Shown here: piece by piece, positions 10,533-21,527 of the stretch | How the letters are laid out: the number at the start of each line of letters is the position of its first letter | Numbering within the stretch: position 1 is the stretch's first letter | From: an uncultured Chloroflexia bacterium | GTDB lineage: Bacteria; Chloroflexota; Anaerolineae; B4-G1; SLSP01 | Direction: 5' to 3' | DNA: 64,000 nt | NCBI GenBank assembly: GCA_963751345.1 | Contig: CAVVUS010000030.1 | Location: 32,001 to 96,000, forward strand | Program-made: the position numbers and the translations under genes | Notes under the pieces: generated by a model | The model's database searches: none | What the model was told of the DNA's origin: nothing | Seen by the model: only the letters and a program-made list of their open reading frames with translations

Positions 10533-11210
10533 ATGGATCTCCTTGGGCTGATCACCGGCGCCGTCCTGACCCTCGTGATCTTCAGCTATCTCCTCCGCGA
10601 TAACCAGCTCTATCGCTGGGCGCTGGCACTCCTGGTCGGTACGGCGTCCGGGTACGCGACGGGCGTCGCAGTAAGGTTTGTATTGCGCGACTGGATCGCC
10701 CAGACGCTGTCCGGACAGGATCCCGTCGTCAAGTTCGTCTACCTCATCGCGCTATTACTGGGTTGTTTCCTGTTGCTGAAAGGTTTCAAGCCGACCCGCT
10801 TCGTAGGCTTGATCATGACCATCAGCGACATTCCCCTAGGATATCTCGTGGGCGTCGGCGCTGCCGTCGCCGTCTCCGGCGCTCTGACGGGAACGCTCCT
10901 GCCCCAGATCCTGGCAACGGGCGCGGGAGTTCGGATTGATCGTGGCGTCATTGGCATCCTACAGGGCGTCGTGGTCCTCTTGAGCACGATCGTTACGCTC
11001 CTTTCCTTCTCCATCCGCTTCAACGATCGGTCCGCAGAACATCCGAGCAAGTGGGGACTCGGAGTACGGCGCACCGGTAGGGCCGTCTTGGCGGTAGCAC
11101 TGGGCACGGCTTTCTCCGGGGCAGTCACCTCTGCCCTGACCGCGATGGTTATGCGCCTGTGGCAATTGGCCGATCTTCTCAGTCGGTTGTTCAACCTGGT
11201 TGGAGGATAG
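10533..11210 (+). CDS. Hypothetical integral membrane protein
   Basis: ATG 10533; 'LTLVIFSYLLRDN.LYR' start, ~6 TM helices; abuts GlmL-like gene. Confidence 0.75.
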   Translation: MDLLGLITGAVLTLVIFSYLLRDNQLYRWALALLVGTASGYATGVAVRFVLRDWIAQTLSGQDPVVKFVYLIALLLGCFLLLKGFKPTRFVGLIMTISDIPLGYLVGVGAAVAVSGALTGTLLPQILATGAGVRIDRGVIGILQGVVVLLSTIVTLLSFSIRFNDRSAEHPSKWGLGVRRTGRAVLAVALGTAFSGAVTSALTAMVMRLWQLADLLSRLFNLVGG

Positions 11211-12962
11211 GTGGCAGAGGCACAGAACATCGAATCGGTGTTGGTGGCCGACTGCGGCACAGTCATCACGAAACTGTTGCTGGTCGACCGTGTTGCCGAC
11301 GGCTATCGTTTCGTCGCGCAGGCGGAGGCCCAGACAACAGGCAAGCCGCCCTGGAACGATTTGAGCGTGGGGGTCACCCAGGCGGTCCAGGAGTTGGAGT
11401 CCATCACGGGGCGCAGACTGTATGAGCGCGGTCGGATTATCACACCGAGGCAGGATCTTGAGGGCGTCGACGCGTTTGTCATCACGCTCAGCTCGGTGGC
11501 CCCCTTGCGGGTTATCCTGGCAGGGCTGGTGCGGGAGATGAGCCTGGAAAGCGGCAAGCGAGCGGTAACAGGGACCTATGCATCCGTGGAGGCCATTCTC
11601 TCCCGCGAGGGAAATCTCCGTTCCCCACAGGAGGCATGGGCACGCACGGTCCGGGATCTCATGCCCGATGTGGTGATGCTGGTCGGCGGTGTCGATGGCG
11701 GTGCCCGCCGCCCGGTACTCGAACTCGCCGAGGCCATCGCGCTGGCGACGTCGATGTTGGAGGAAGACCTTCGGCCCATCGTCCTCTATGCAGGCAACAG
11801 TGCTCTGCGCTCGAACGTCTCCCGGCTGTTGAGCGACATCACCCGAGTCGTGATCGCGGACAACGTGCATCCGACCGCCGGCACCGAGCACCTGGGGCCG
11901 GCACAGGGTGCGCTTGAGGAGATCTATAACGAGGAGCGGCTCAGGAAGGCGCCGGGAATGGAGAGCCTGAGCGCATGGAGCCGCCTGCCCTTCTTGCCCG
12001 TCGCCACGACATTTTCTCGTGTCGTGGATTTCCTGTGGCATCGTGAGGGAAACGTGGACCGGGGGGTCTTGGGCGTCGATATAGGTGCGGCGACGACAAC
12101 GATGGCCGTCAACTTCGAGGGCCGCCCGTACGTCACAGTATACGAGCACGGCGTCGCCCACGGCCTCGTGGACTGGGCCGAGGACCACGGGACGGACCGT
12201 CTGATGCAATGGATTCCCGAGGGTTTGGACGAAGACACCTTGATGGCAATGCTCTACAATGCCGAGCTCCATCCCACGACCATCCCGCAGACTTCGCTGG
12301 AGTTGTGGGTAGAACTCGCAATAGCGCGAGAGATGCTGAGGGCAACCTACGACATCGCGCGCCCGACCTGGGATATCAGCGGCTCGGAGTTCAGTGAGAG
12401 CGAGGCTATGCCGCGGGTGGATCCGATCCTGATATCGGGTGGCGGTATTGTCCGCACACCACGACCGGGTCTGGCGCTGCTGGCGATCCTCGACGGTCTG
12501 CAGCCGGTCGGCATCTCGACCGTGCTATTGGACGTGAACCGTGCAGCGCCGGCCATTGGGGCGATTGCGGGCGTGAAACCCCTGATTGCCGCCTCCGCCC
12601 TGGATGCCGGGACGCTCGTCTCTCTGGGCACGGTGATCTCACCGGTGGGCCAGGCGCGGCCCGGTGATGTCGTGATGCGGGTGCACATCACGTACGACAA
12701 CGGAAGCGAATTGGACGTGGAGGCGCACTACGGCGAACTTGAGATCTGGCCGCTCGCGGCCGACCAACGTGCTACGCTCGAAGTCAGGCTCCACCGGCGT
12801 TTCGACATTGGTATGGGACCAGGGCAGGGCGGAAGGATAGAGGTGCTTGGCGGACGGGTAGGGCTCGTCGTCGATGCTCGGGGGCGCCCGATCACGCTGC
12901 CGAGGAACACGGACCAACGGCGTCGAGTGCTCAAACGCTGGCTTTGGGACGTTGGAGGCTGA
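11211..12962 (+). CDS. Glutamate mutase L (GlmL/MutL-type) family actin-like ATPase
   Basis: ASKHA phosphate motifs 'ADCGTVITK' and 'VDIGAATT', 'LVGGVDGG', C-terminal 'GG.VGLVVDARGRP'. Confidence 0.8.
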   Translation: MAEAQNIESVLVADCGTVITKLLLVDRVADGYRFVAQAEAQTTGKPPWNDLSVGVTQAVQELESITGRRLYERGRIITPRQDLEGVDAFVITLSSVAPLRVILAGLVREMSLESGKRAVTGTYASVEAILSREGNLRSPQEAWARTVRDLMPDVVMLVGGVDGGARRPVLELAEAIALATSMLEEDLRPIVLYAGNSALRSNVSRLLSDITRVVIADNVHPTAGTEHLGPAQGALEEIYNEERLRKAPGMESLSAWSRLPFLPVATTFSRVVDFLWHREGNVDRGVLGVDIGAATTTMAVNFEGRPYVTVYEHGVAHGLVDWAEDHGTDRLMQWIPEGLDEDTLMAMLYNAELHPTTIPQTSLELWVELAIAREMLRATYDIARPTWDISGSEFSESEAMPRVDPILISGGGIVRTPRPGLALLAILDGLQPVGISTVLLDVNRAAPAIGAIAGVKPLIAASALDAGTLVSLGTVISPVGQARPGDVVMRVHITYDNGSELDVEAHYGELEIWPLAADQRATLEVRLHRRFDIGMGPGQGGRIEVLGGRVGLVVDARGRPITLPRNTDQRRRVLKRWLWDVGG

Positions 12963-12963
12963 T

Positions 12964-14016
12964 ATGTATACGCCCTATGCCATAGCCAATCCACTGACGA
13001 CGGTGCGCATCCCAAGACTCCTCCCTCAATCGGGTGAAGTCCTGGTGAGGTCGGGCGATTCGGTCGAGCCCACTCAGATCGTAGCCCAGGCCGTCAAGCC
13101 CCCTGATTTCCGCATCGTGGAGTTCGCGCAGGAACTCGACGTCCTGAGCAAGAACGCCAATGCCTATCTGAAGGTGAAGCGCGGACAAGCCATTTCGGAG
13201 GGCGACATCCTCGCCACGAGGGGAGGGTTGAGCGATCGAGCCTGTCGCGCGCCCATCAGCGGAAAGATCATCGGGGTTGGGCGCGGCAGGCTGCTGCTGG
13301 AGGCGGAACCGCAAGTTTTGCGGCTCAACGCATTGGTACCGGGCTACGTCATCGAGGTACGGGCCGGAGAAGGGGCGGTGATCGAGACGGTAGGTGGGCT
13401 GATTGAGGCGGCCTGGGGCAACGGACAGGAAGCCTACGGCCTGCTCCGGATGGTCGTCCGGGACCTCAGCCATCCGATCCGGGCCACTCACATCAACGCA
13501 TCGTCGCAGGGCGCTATCCTGGTAGGCGGATCCACCGTTGAGGAGGAGTGCATCGCGCAGGCTGCGGAAGTGCAAGTTCGGGGTATGATCGTCGGAAGCA
13601 TTCCGACATCCCTCATCCCGAAGGTAAGACAGGCGAACTTCCCCATCGTAGCTACCGAGGGGATAGGGACCGCGCCGATGACCCGGCTGGTATTCGATCT
13701 GCTGCACTCATTGGATGGTCGGGAGGCAGCGCTGAGCGGGGACATCGGGAGCCGTTGGCACGAGAAGCGCCCTTTTGTGCTTGTCCCTATGCCCACGCAG
13801 GCAGCACGCCCTATCGATGTCAATGCGCCCGTGGCGACCGGCCATCGCATCCGTGTCCTCAGGGGAGATTACAGGGGACGCTCCGGCACGATCTCACAAC
13901 TGCTCGTCAAGCTGATTGTCCTGGAGACGGGGGCGCGGCTGCCCGGTGTCTTGGTCACCCTCGACGACGGCGAACAGGTGCAAATCCCTTATGCGAATCT
14001 GGAACGCTTGCTCTAG
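12964..14016 (+). CDS. Hypothetical protein with barrel-sandwich-hybrid-like segments and C-terminal KOW-like motif
   Basis: 'GEVLVRSGDSV', 'RAPISGKI', 'G.RIRVLRG.YRGRSGTI' motifs. Confidence 0.7.
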   Translation: MYTPYAIANPLTTVRIPRLLPQSGEVLVRSGDSVEPTQIVAQAVKPPDFRIVEFAQELDVLSKNANAYLKVKRGQAISEGDILATRGGLSDRACRAPISGKIIGVGRGRLLLEAEPQVLRLNALVPGYVIEVRAGEGAVIETVGGLIEAAWGNGQEAYGLLRMVVRDLSHPIRATHINASSQGAILVGGSTVEEECIAQAAEVQVRGMIVGSIPTSLIPKVRQANFPIVATEGIGTAPMTRLVFDLLHSLDGREAALSGDIGSRWHEKRPFVLVPMPTQAARPIDVNAPVATGHRIRVLRGDYRGRSGTISQLLVKLIVLETGARLPGVLVTLDDGEQVQIPYANLERLL

Positions 14017-14038
14017 CCAAGGAGAGGTCTGAGTCGAC

Positions 14039-14362
14039 ATGCCAATTCGCAAACTACTCCGTGAGAGCGCGTTTCATTTGGCCCGCAAGGATCTCGCGTC
14101 TTTCCTGGCCGACCATGAAGAGGACCTATTGTCCATCTTTCGTGAGGAAATGCAGATCCTCGACGATGAGATACCGGAGGAAAGCCTCTTCATCGACATC
14201 AAAATGGTGCCGCTCGGAGAGGCGATCCTGAAGGCAGCTCTCCACGCCATAACGCGCTTCCTCACCGAGGAATTCCCATCTAGCTCGACCGGCAAAGCGA
14301 AGGTGGTGATCGAGGAGCAGGAGGAAGGAAAGGGGCTTATCCTGAAAGACTCGAAATCTTGA
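14039..14362 (+). CDS. Hypothetical protein
   Basis: AGGAGAGG RBS region, 107 aa acidic helical ORF continuing the operon. Confidence 0.7.
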   Translation: MPIRKLLRESAFHLARKDLASFLADHEEDLLSIFREEMQILDDEIPEESLFIDIKMVPLGEAILKAALHAITRFLTEEFPSSSTGKAKVVIEEQEEGKGLILKDSKS

Positions 14363-14505
14363 CTTCCCCTTCGACAAGAGCATTGGATGATCACTTGTGT
14401 CTTTTCCGTCTTCTATTTACAATAATCATAAGCAGCCGCTCGATCTCTGCAAAGGCGTGGCTCCTGTGCGCCTGATGGGCACACGCAGAAAAGGAGGAGA
14501 GGATC

Positions 14506-15144
14506 ATGTCGGATGACATTTTCGAGGCCTTTGGCGACGAGGATACGTACCAGGAAGAGGAAGCCGAGGCTCAAGTAGACCAGACTCAAGGCCAGAACCG
14601 CGTCTTTATCATCGCGGTGGCCGTCTTGGGTGGCCTCCTGGTGTGCGCCTTGATATCGTTTGGCGTCTGGGCCCTTGTCCTCAATCGGCCACAACAGGCA
14701 GCTCCGCCGCCGACTGAGGTCGCAGCTTCCCCGACCGCTGAAATGGTGGTGGAGGCGACGTCAACACCCGCGGCGCCGGAGGCCACGAATACGCCGCAAC
14801 CAACAGACACGCCGGAGCCCACATCGACACCCGTACTCGGCCCCACCGCAACACCCACAGCCGAGGGAGGCGGAGACGACCCACTGGCTGTAGGAGGGGC
14901 TGCGACGGCCACCGAGCCGGCAGAGGAAGCCACGCCCACGGCAACGCAAGAGCCCCGACGCACGCCGACGCCGACACGCACGCCAAGGGCTACCGCCACA
15001 CCGCGTGTAACCGGTGCGGGCACGAGCCTTGGCGGCAACTCGGGCCAGCTCTCGCAGACGGGTCTGGGCGAGTGGCTGTTGATCGGTGCGGCTGTCCTGC
15101 TGGTCGGGGTGATGATCACCGCGCGCAGGCTTCGCCGCACTTGA
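14506..15144 (+). CDS. Pro/Thr-rich surface protein with LPXTG-like sorting signal
   Basis: Strong AGGAGG RBS; acidic N-tail, TM, PT/AT-rich stalk, 'LSQTG' + hydrophobic helix + 'RRLRRT'. Confidence 0.75.
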   Translation: MSDDIFEAFGDEDTYQEEEAEAQVDQTQGQNRVFIIAVAVLGGLLVCALISFGVWALVLNRPQQAAPPPTEVAASPTAEMVVEATSTPAAPEATNTPQPTDTPEPTSTPVLGPTATPTAEGGGDDPLAVGGAATATEPAEEATPTATQEPRRTPTPTRTPRATATPRVTGAGTSLGGNSGQLSQTGLGEWLLIGAAVLLVGVMITARRLRRT

Positions 15145-15246
15145 GACTGCGCCGATCGACTGTCAAAGATACGCACGGAGCCGTAGGGCTCCGTGCTTCT
15201 TATTTGGCCGCCTTGCCGGTTTCCGCACGAACAGAGTTCGTCCAAG

Positions 15247-16477
15247 ATGAGCACCAGATGCCATAGGTTGTCACTGACCTTCTCAGCCATCGCAGTGGTT
15301 TGTGCAGCGATGGCAACCATACTGTCGGGGTGCGCCCTGCCGCTTGCACCTCAACGCCGAATTGTGACCACCAACGTCCGCGTTGGCACCAACGTCTGCG
15401 TTGGCAGCACCGGCGTCTGAGTCGGCACCGACATCTGTGGCGCCAACATCCCCGGCCACAGCCACGCCGGCTTCCAGCCCCGTGCCCACGGCTACGCCAA
15501 CCCTCGTGCCGACGCCCGATCCGGAGCTCGTGCAAGCTGCCGCCGACGAAGGACTGGTCCGCGCGCAAGCACTGGCAGGAGAGGACGAACTGGTCTGCCT
15601 GCGTTACGAGGACACCGACGCCGACGGAGCGCCGGAGTGGGTCGCCCTGGTCCACCAATCCACTGACGTAGGCGCTCGCCTCGCAGCTTACGTGCTGGAC
15701 GGCGAAGCTGTCTATGCCCTCGAACCCGCACAGCCCAAGCCCGGCGCGGCAGATGTCGGCTTCGGGCAGTACGCCACCTGTGATATTGCCATCCGAGACG
15801 TCAACGCAGATGGTATGCCGGAGCTGGCGATCTTCGGCTACGCCGAGGGGAACCAAACGCTGCTGCATCTCTTTGCCTGGGAAGGGGCCGACTCCGACGC
15901 CGGTGGCGCGTACCGGCGGTTGGGCTTCTTTTCGGGGGACGCAGGCATCAAGTTCGCGGACGCCGACGGAGATCTCGAAGAGGAAATCTGGGAAGGCTAT
16001 CGGGTCCGGGGCGCCCCAAGCCTCGCGTTTTACATCGTGTTCACGTGGGAGAACGAGACGTATGGTTGGACCTCGGAGCACTACGATTGGTATTTTGCGG
16101 ACCGACCGCAGACCTATCCCACCGGTGCGCCGGAGTTCGCCGTCGTCTCTTTTTACCTGGCGCTGAACGACCGTGACATACCCGGTGCTTACGCGCTCCT
16201 CGCCCCGTCGTCCAGGCCCGACTATGATAGCTGGGCATTGGGCTATGCTACGACGCTCCGGGTGAGCGTCGGTGGGGTGCACACGATATCAGGCTCAACG
16301 GGAGAGAACTACGCGCGGATCGCGGCTATGGTCACCGCGTGGGATAATGAGGGCGGCGTGATCACGGGACGGCTCTGGGACGTCGAGTGGGACACGATCG
16401 GCACCGACGCGGGATGGCAACTCGTGTCGTCGACGGCAGATCTGCTGGAGACGTGGCCCGTCACCTACTGGCGGTAA
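15247..16477 (+). CDS. Putative lipoprotein with FG-GAP/VCBS-like DxDxDG motifs (frameshift near 15367)
   Basis: 'ILSGC' lipobox in ORF 15193-15420 joins ORF 15383-16477; DTDADG, DVNADG, DADGD motifs. Confidence 0.65.
15369..15404 (+). repeat. 18-bp tandem repeat x2 with hairpin units
   Basis: CACCAACGTC(C/T)GCGTTGG x2; CCAACG-TCYG-CGTTGG stem-loop; encodes PTSALA. Confidence 0.8.
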
Positions 16478-16478
16478 T

Positions 16479-16516
16479 CCCCCTCCCCATCCTTCCCTGC
16501 AGGGAGAGGAAGCCCG
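16479..16516. terminator. Hairpin between convergent genes (terminator or REP-like)
   Basis: TCCCTGCAGGGA palindrome within CCCCTCCCC...GGGAGAGG context. Confidence 0.35.
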
Positions 16517-16526
16517 CAGGTGGGCA

Positions 16527-17090
16527 TCACGGCGTTTCGTAGACGAAGTTGTTATCCGCCTCGCTGAGGCGCGGCTGGACCGCATCCCGGGCCGATAGCT
16601 CGGGGGCTTGAATCGGCCACTCGATCCCGATCTCGGGATCATTCCACAGAATGCCCCGCTCGTGCTCCGGCGAGTACTCGTCCGTGACCTGGTAGATCAG
16701 GTCCACAGACTCACTCAACACACAGAATCCATGGGCGAAGCCGGGCGGAACGTAGAGAAAGTGGTGGTTGTCGCCTGACAACACCTCGCCCACCCAGGCT
16801 CCGTACGTCGGCGACCCCGCCCGGATATCGACGGCGACGTCGAAGATAGCGCCGGTGACCACAGTCATCAGTTTCCCCTGGGCGCGTGGTGATTTCTGGT
16901 AGTGGAGGCCCCGTAACACTCCCCTGGCCGAACGCGAGTGATTGGCCTGGACAAAGGCGCCGGATATGCCGGCAGCCTCAAACTCCGTCCGTTTGTACGT
17001 CTCCATAAAAAAGCCCCGCGCATCACCAAATACCCGCGGCTTGATCAGTTGTACGCCAGGAATCCGGAGCGTCTCGAATGTGAAAGGCAT
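16527..17090 (-). CDS. rfbC: dTDP-4-dehydrorhamnose 3,5-epimerase
   Basis: 'FGDARGFFME', 'GVLRGLHYQ', 'DVAVDIR.GSPTYG', 'PPGFAHGF'; ATG 17090 after GAGGAG. Confidence 0.95.
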   Translation of the reverse strand: MPFTFETLRIPGVQLIKPRVFGDARGFFMETYKRTEFEAAGISGAFVQANHSRSARGVLRGLHYQKSPRAQGKLMTVVTGAIFDVAVDIRAGSPTYGAWVGEVLSGDNHHFLYVPPGFAHGFCVLSESVDLIYQVTDEYSPEHERGILWNDPEIGIEWPIQAPELSARDAVQPRLSEADNNFVYETP

Positions 17091-17107
17091 AGGTATCGTC
17101 TCCTCAC

Positions 17108-17437
17108 TCAGTGGGGCCAGGCCCACACCAGGATGAGCGCGGCAACGAGCCAAGTCAGTGTGGCGCCCAAGAGAGCTAGTGTCAGGCTCACACGGTCGAC
17201 CAGGACGTAAAGCGCGCCCATGTAGGCACAATACGGCAACAGGGAGACCATGCCAAATCGGATCGTGGCCTTCAGGTCGCCCACCGTCCGTTGTGTGCCG
17301 ACGATGTAGTGCGATATCAGCGTGAACGTCGGAAACAAGGGAACCAAGCCGGCAAGATAGGACCGCTGCGACCGGGCTACAAGCTGGATGATCACGACAA
17401 CGACAGCGCCGAAGAGTGCTTTGAGCAGCAGATCCAT
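17108..17437 (-). CDS. GlpM family membrane protein
   Basis: 'LLLKALFGA...YLAGLVPLFPTF.LISHYIVG' signature. Confidence 0.85.
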   Translation of the reverse strand: MDLLLKALFGAVVVVIIQLVARSQRSYLAGLVPLFPTFTLISHYIVGTQRTVGDLKATIRFGMVSLLPYCAYMGALYVLVDRVSLTLALLGATLTWLVAALILVWAWPH

Positions 17438-17465
17438 GGCTCGCCTTTACCTGGTCGCCGAGCAG

Positions 17466-18552
17466 CTAGCGGAGGCCCCGGTAGAATCGGGAAGCGAGTG
17501 GATAGAGCGGGTTCAGCGCGCGTTCCCACAAGCCCAGTGTAGCGCACAACCTCACCGCCGAACCCCCGCTTGAACCGGTAGACTCCCCACAGACCGTCGC
17601 TGCGCTCTGTGAATTCCGCTTCCAGCGTCTCCTCGTCGGCATCGGGTATGCCCCATAGGTCATACGTCGTGCATCCGCGCGCCCTTGCCCAACGAATTGC
17701 GGCCCATTGGACGGCATAGGCCGGCATGAGATTTCGATGCCGGTCGGATGAGGCGCCGTAGATGTACCATGACTTCTTCCCGACCGCAAAGACCATCAGC
17801 CCGGCCAGCGGTTCTCCTTCGTGCTCGGCGAGGAGCAGGGCAACCTCGCCCTCGGGTGCAAAGAGTTCGAGCGCTTTCCTGTAGTAGGCCAGCGTGTGCA
17901 CCCCGAATTCATCCCGTTCGCCGGTTACCTCCATCAGGTCGTGGTACGTCTCCACATCGGCTATCGAGCCCTCTCGGACGGTGACCCCCTTGCGCTCTGA
18001 AAGCCGGATGTTATAGCGGGTTTTTGACTTCATCGTCATCAGGATATCCTCCTCGGGAGGGGAGATATCCAATACGATGGTCCGTCGCGGCTGTATGGTG
18101 CGGACGGCTCGGCGGTAGCCGATATCCGCCAAGAAAGCTTCGGTGTGCGGCAGCGATGCAGGATGGGCTGATGCGTTGCCCACCTCGGGCTCGATCCAGC
18201 AGGCCCAAGCCCTGCGCTTGCGCGCAGCAGCATGGAGTGCCGCAAAGAGCTCGGTGGCCGCCGTGCGGTCCGACCAGTCGACGAGCGGGCCGCGTGGCAC
18301 GTAGGCCAGGGTGCCGAGACCTAACGGCAGCTTGCGATAGAGCACGATGGCCCCCGCCCTGGGAGCGTCCTTATCACCAACAGTGACCAGTTCCCAGTCC
18401 CACCCAAAGCCCGCCTTCAGCCTTCCCCATTGGGTCGTCTGGAGCAGATTACCGCAGGGGTGCGCCGCCACAAATCGGTTCCACGATTCGAAGCGGACAC
18501 CCTCCGTCGTCGTCCCCAGCCGACCCACAAAAGCCATAGCCGACCTATCCAC
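17466..18552 (-). CDS. FemAB/FemX family peptidoglycan bridge aminoacyltransferase (frameshift near 17530)
   Basis: 'LLQT..WG.LK...GW', 'YVPRGP', 'MKSKTRYNIR', 'YGAS', 'YDLWG', 'FKRGFGG'; tail supplied by ORF 17466-17789. Confidence 0.9.
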
Positions 18553-19415
18553 CCTTCTCGCCTACAACGAGCAGTCCGCCCCCAACGCCATCCGCCGGAA
18601 CGTCCGCCGTGTAGGCCTCTCGCCAACGCTGCCCCAACGTCCGCACGACCCATCGTCTGATCCAGCGCTGATAGCCGAAGCGGCGCAGCCGGGGAGACGC
18701 AAGCCAGCGATAGAGGGTGCCACGCTGCAAAAGGCCCGAATGCGCCCCCGGGCACACTCCGAACGCCGTAGGCGGTATTACCCTGATCCCACAGGGCCAT
18801 CACAGCGGGGGGCACGTAGTAGACCGTGCGGACGAGCCGCAGCCCCACACGCTCCAGGATTGCGCCCCATTCCTCCGGGGTAGGATAGCGGTAGTGTGCG
18901 AGCCACGCATCGACGCCCGCAGCGTAAGCCTCAGCCCCTGCCATATCTCCGGCAGCCGCTCGATCGCGGTAGCCAGCCAACAGGCGTCGAAACGCGTCAC
19001 TCGGTACGGTGAAGATGACCCGACCACCGGGACGGACGACACGGGCAGCTTCGCGCAAGACCGGGTCGAGATCCGGTATGTGTTCGAGGACGGAGTTGCT
19101 GAGCAGGGAGCCAAACGCCACGCTGGCGTAGGGCATCGCGTCGCCCATTGCCTGCTGGACCGAACAATAGGCACGCGTTGCGGGGGCCTTCCGCACTTGA
19201 TCAAGCCAGGGGTCGAAGCCTACTTCGATCGGCGGGTCGCCGCCGAACAGCACCTGTGCGATGAGGCCGTCCCCACATCCCAGATCCAAGATCGGGCGAG
19301 GGAATTCCTCGGCGGCCAACGTACGCAACTCGATCGCCCGCCACAGTGCGACCGGCGGTGCAAACCAGTACTGGTCGAGCAGCAGCGTCAGATAATCACG
19401 TGATGGGTCGGGCAT
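18545..19415 (-). CDS. Class I SAM-dependent methyltransferase (frameshift near 18720)
   Basis: 'LDLGCGDG', 'SNSVLEHIPD', 'RVVRPGG'; tail in ORF 18545-18757. Confidence 0.88.
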
Positions 19416-19594
19416 TTGGGATATCGGCGATCCTAATCTGGGTTGGCACTACGTCATCCACGGTAGCACGGGCGCCACCGATGCCGTGCGCGCAGGTCGT
19501 TTGTACCACGAACGTGCCGGAACACAATTCTGCAAGGGGTAGCAATGCGTCGCACAGGCCGGGCGCCTCGCGAGGATGATGGGCCCGCCAGAGC

Positions 19595-20122
19595 CTAGAC
19601 GTCAATATCCCGGGCATGGGGAGCAGCATCGAAAAGCTGTCCCAGCATCCATCGTGTCAAGGTCAGGACCAAGGCCACCGCGAGCCCCAAGCCGATGGCG
19701 AGCCCGATGAACCCGGCGAGCACGTACCCCCCGGCAGCGAAAGTGAGGGCGCCCAGAACCGTGCCTCCAAGCGTGATCAGCCCGACGACGCCATGACGAA
19801 CTTCCCGGCGAATGAAGAGGCGGCGCGCTGTGCGCTGAACTGCCTGGCAATATGGACACCTGATCCGGCGCCGAAGTTCGCGCTCCAATCTGGGCGTCAC
19901 CATCGTCACATCCATTGTCCGGCGGCCTCTGCTGACGGCGCCGTCGACGCCCACCTGGAAACCATAGCTGAAAGAACGTCCACACAACTCGCAGACGACA
20001 TCACGGCGCATCTGAAGCCGCACGTCGTGCCAGCGCCCGGTGCCGTTCCCGCCCGTCTGCACGCCGGCAATCGAGAACCCGTACAATTTCATCAGATCCG
20101 ACAGATAAGGGTCGGGCAACAT
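19595..20122 (-). CDS. Hypothetical zinc-ribbon membrane protein
   Basis: CELC...CPYC plus two C-terminal TM helices. Confidence 0.65.
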   Translation of the reverse strand: MLPDPYLSDLMKLYGFSIAGVQTGGNGTGRWHDVRLQMRRDVVCELCGRSFSYGFQVGVDGAVSRGRRTMDVTMVTPRLERELRRRIRCPYCQAVQRTARRLFIRREVRHGVVGLITLGGTVLGALTFAAGGYVLAGFIGLAIGLGLAVALVLTLTRWMLGQLFDAAPHARDIDV

Positions 20123-20169
20123 ACATCTATTTCCGGTCTATCTGCAACTCTACGATCGGACTTCTCTCG

Positions 20170-21527
20170 TCAGTCCAGGAGGCGGAGCAGGCCTGCGACG
20201 GTATCGCCCCACCCAACCATATTCAGCGCCAGCGGCAGCAGCAAGACTCCCATAGCGTTCATGCGTCGAGCGCCCCACAGGGCCGGGATGAGCCCGATAC
20301 CGGTAGCGACGGCGCAAATCCCCAATCCCACGGGCCCCGTCACACCCACAACCACGAGCAGCAGCAAGGCCAGGGTCGCCCAACTGATCACCCGATAGGC
20401 CACGTGAGACACCAGCGCCATCACGGCCCGCGCCAAGCTCAGCGATAGCAGAAAGGCGATCACGCCCGCTACCAAGGCCCCAGCCGTTGCCCTCAGATAC
20501 TGCCTCGGGCGTGGTGGCAGTATACCGCGTACTGACCATCCAGGCCATACCCCCACGTGTGAGATGGAGCCCGGGGACAAAGAAGAGCAGAAAGCCACCC
20601 ACGTAGTAGACCATCTTTGCCGCTCCCTGGGCGATCAGAAACGTGCGCTCGTCACGTTGGCCGGTCGCCTGGCCCGCAAGGAAGCCACCGATCCCCCCGG
20701 TTACTACCGGGAAGAACGCCGCAAAGACGCCGCCGAGGGTGCCGGACGCGACCCCCTGGACTACGTTGAGCCACGAGACATCCACGCTGCGCGCCGCAAC
20801 CTGTGACGGCAGCGCCACTCGCCCCACCAGATTGAGCACGACCCAGGGCACGGCAAAGAGTCCCACGAACGCCGGCAGAAGGTTTTGATAGGCCACCTGG
20901 ACGGGCACCGGAGACCGGTAGAGGAGGATGAGCCCTAGCGCTCCCGAGAGCACAAAGGTCGCCAGACCGGCCACCAGCGACCGCCATCCATCCCACCATC
21001 GCTGCCAGCGACCGATCGCCGCATGGCTGTCTGCAGCCGCACGGTTCGCCGCAGCCGCACGGCCCGTCCCCTTGGGCCACTCGGACGCCAACATAGTAGG
21101 CGATGACCGCCCATAGCAGCCAACCCAGGTGCGGCTGCAGGATCTGACGGATGGCCGGTAGGACTCGCGACGCGACAGGCGTCCAGGCGACCAGCGCCGC
21201 CAGCCCCCCAAGGCTCCCGAGGCCCGTCAGAACTACCGCCTCATAGCCCCTTCTCTGCAGCAGATAGGTCTGGCCGGGCAGGACCACGAAGATCATACTC
21301 TCGTCGGGAGCCGAGAAAAAGACGCTCGGGATCGTGTTCACCATCGCATAGCCGGTCACCATACCGAGGAAGAGAAAAGCCAGCGGCTCGCCGCCGATGG
21401 AGAGGCGCCCGGACCCCACGAGCAGAAGGAGCAGGCCCGCCACATTGTAGATGTGCAGGGCGGGGATCAGGGCCAGCACGGAGGCACCCACGGCGCCCGC
21501 AAGGGCCCACAGGAGCAGACTAGCCAT
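20170..21527 (-). CDS. Tripartite tricarboxylate transporter TctA/DUF112-like permease (two frameshifts, ~21095 and ~20500)
   Basis: 'LIPALH.YN', 'IPSVFF.APDE', 'VLPGQ.YL..RGYEA', 'LLPAF.GLFAVP'; joins ORFs 20652-21527, 20150-21211, 20170-20598. Confidence 0.75.

Noticed and set aside
10959-12272. Long antisense or alternate-frame ORFs (also 50351-51709, 53276-54916, 24071-25240, 59181-60305)
   Set aside because: Shadows of motif-bearing genes in high-GC DNA, with no motifs or RBS of their own.
11211-12962. DNA mismatch repair MutL or a glutamate fermentation pathway
   Set aside because: Motifs are actin-like ASKHA, not GHKL; mutase subunits are absent from the window.
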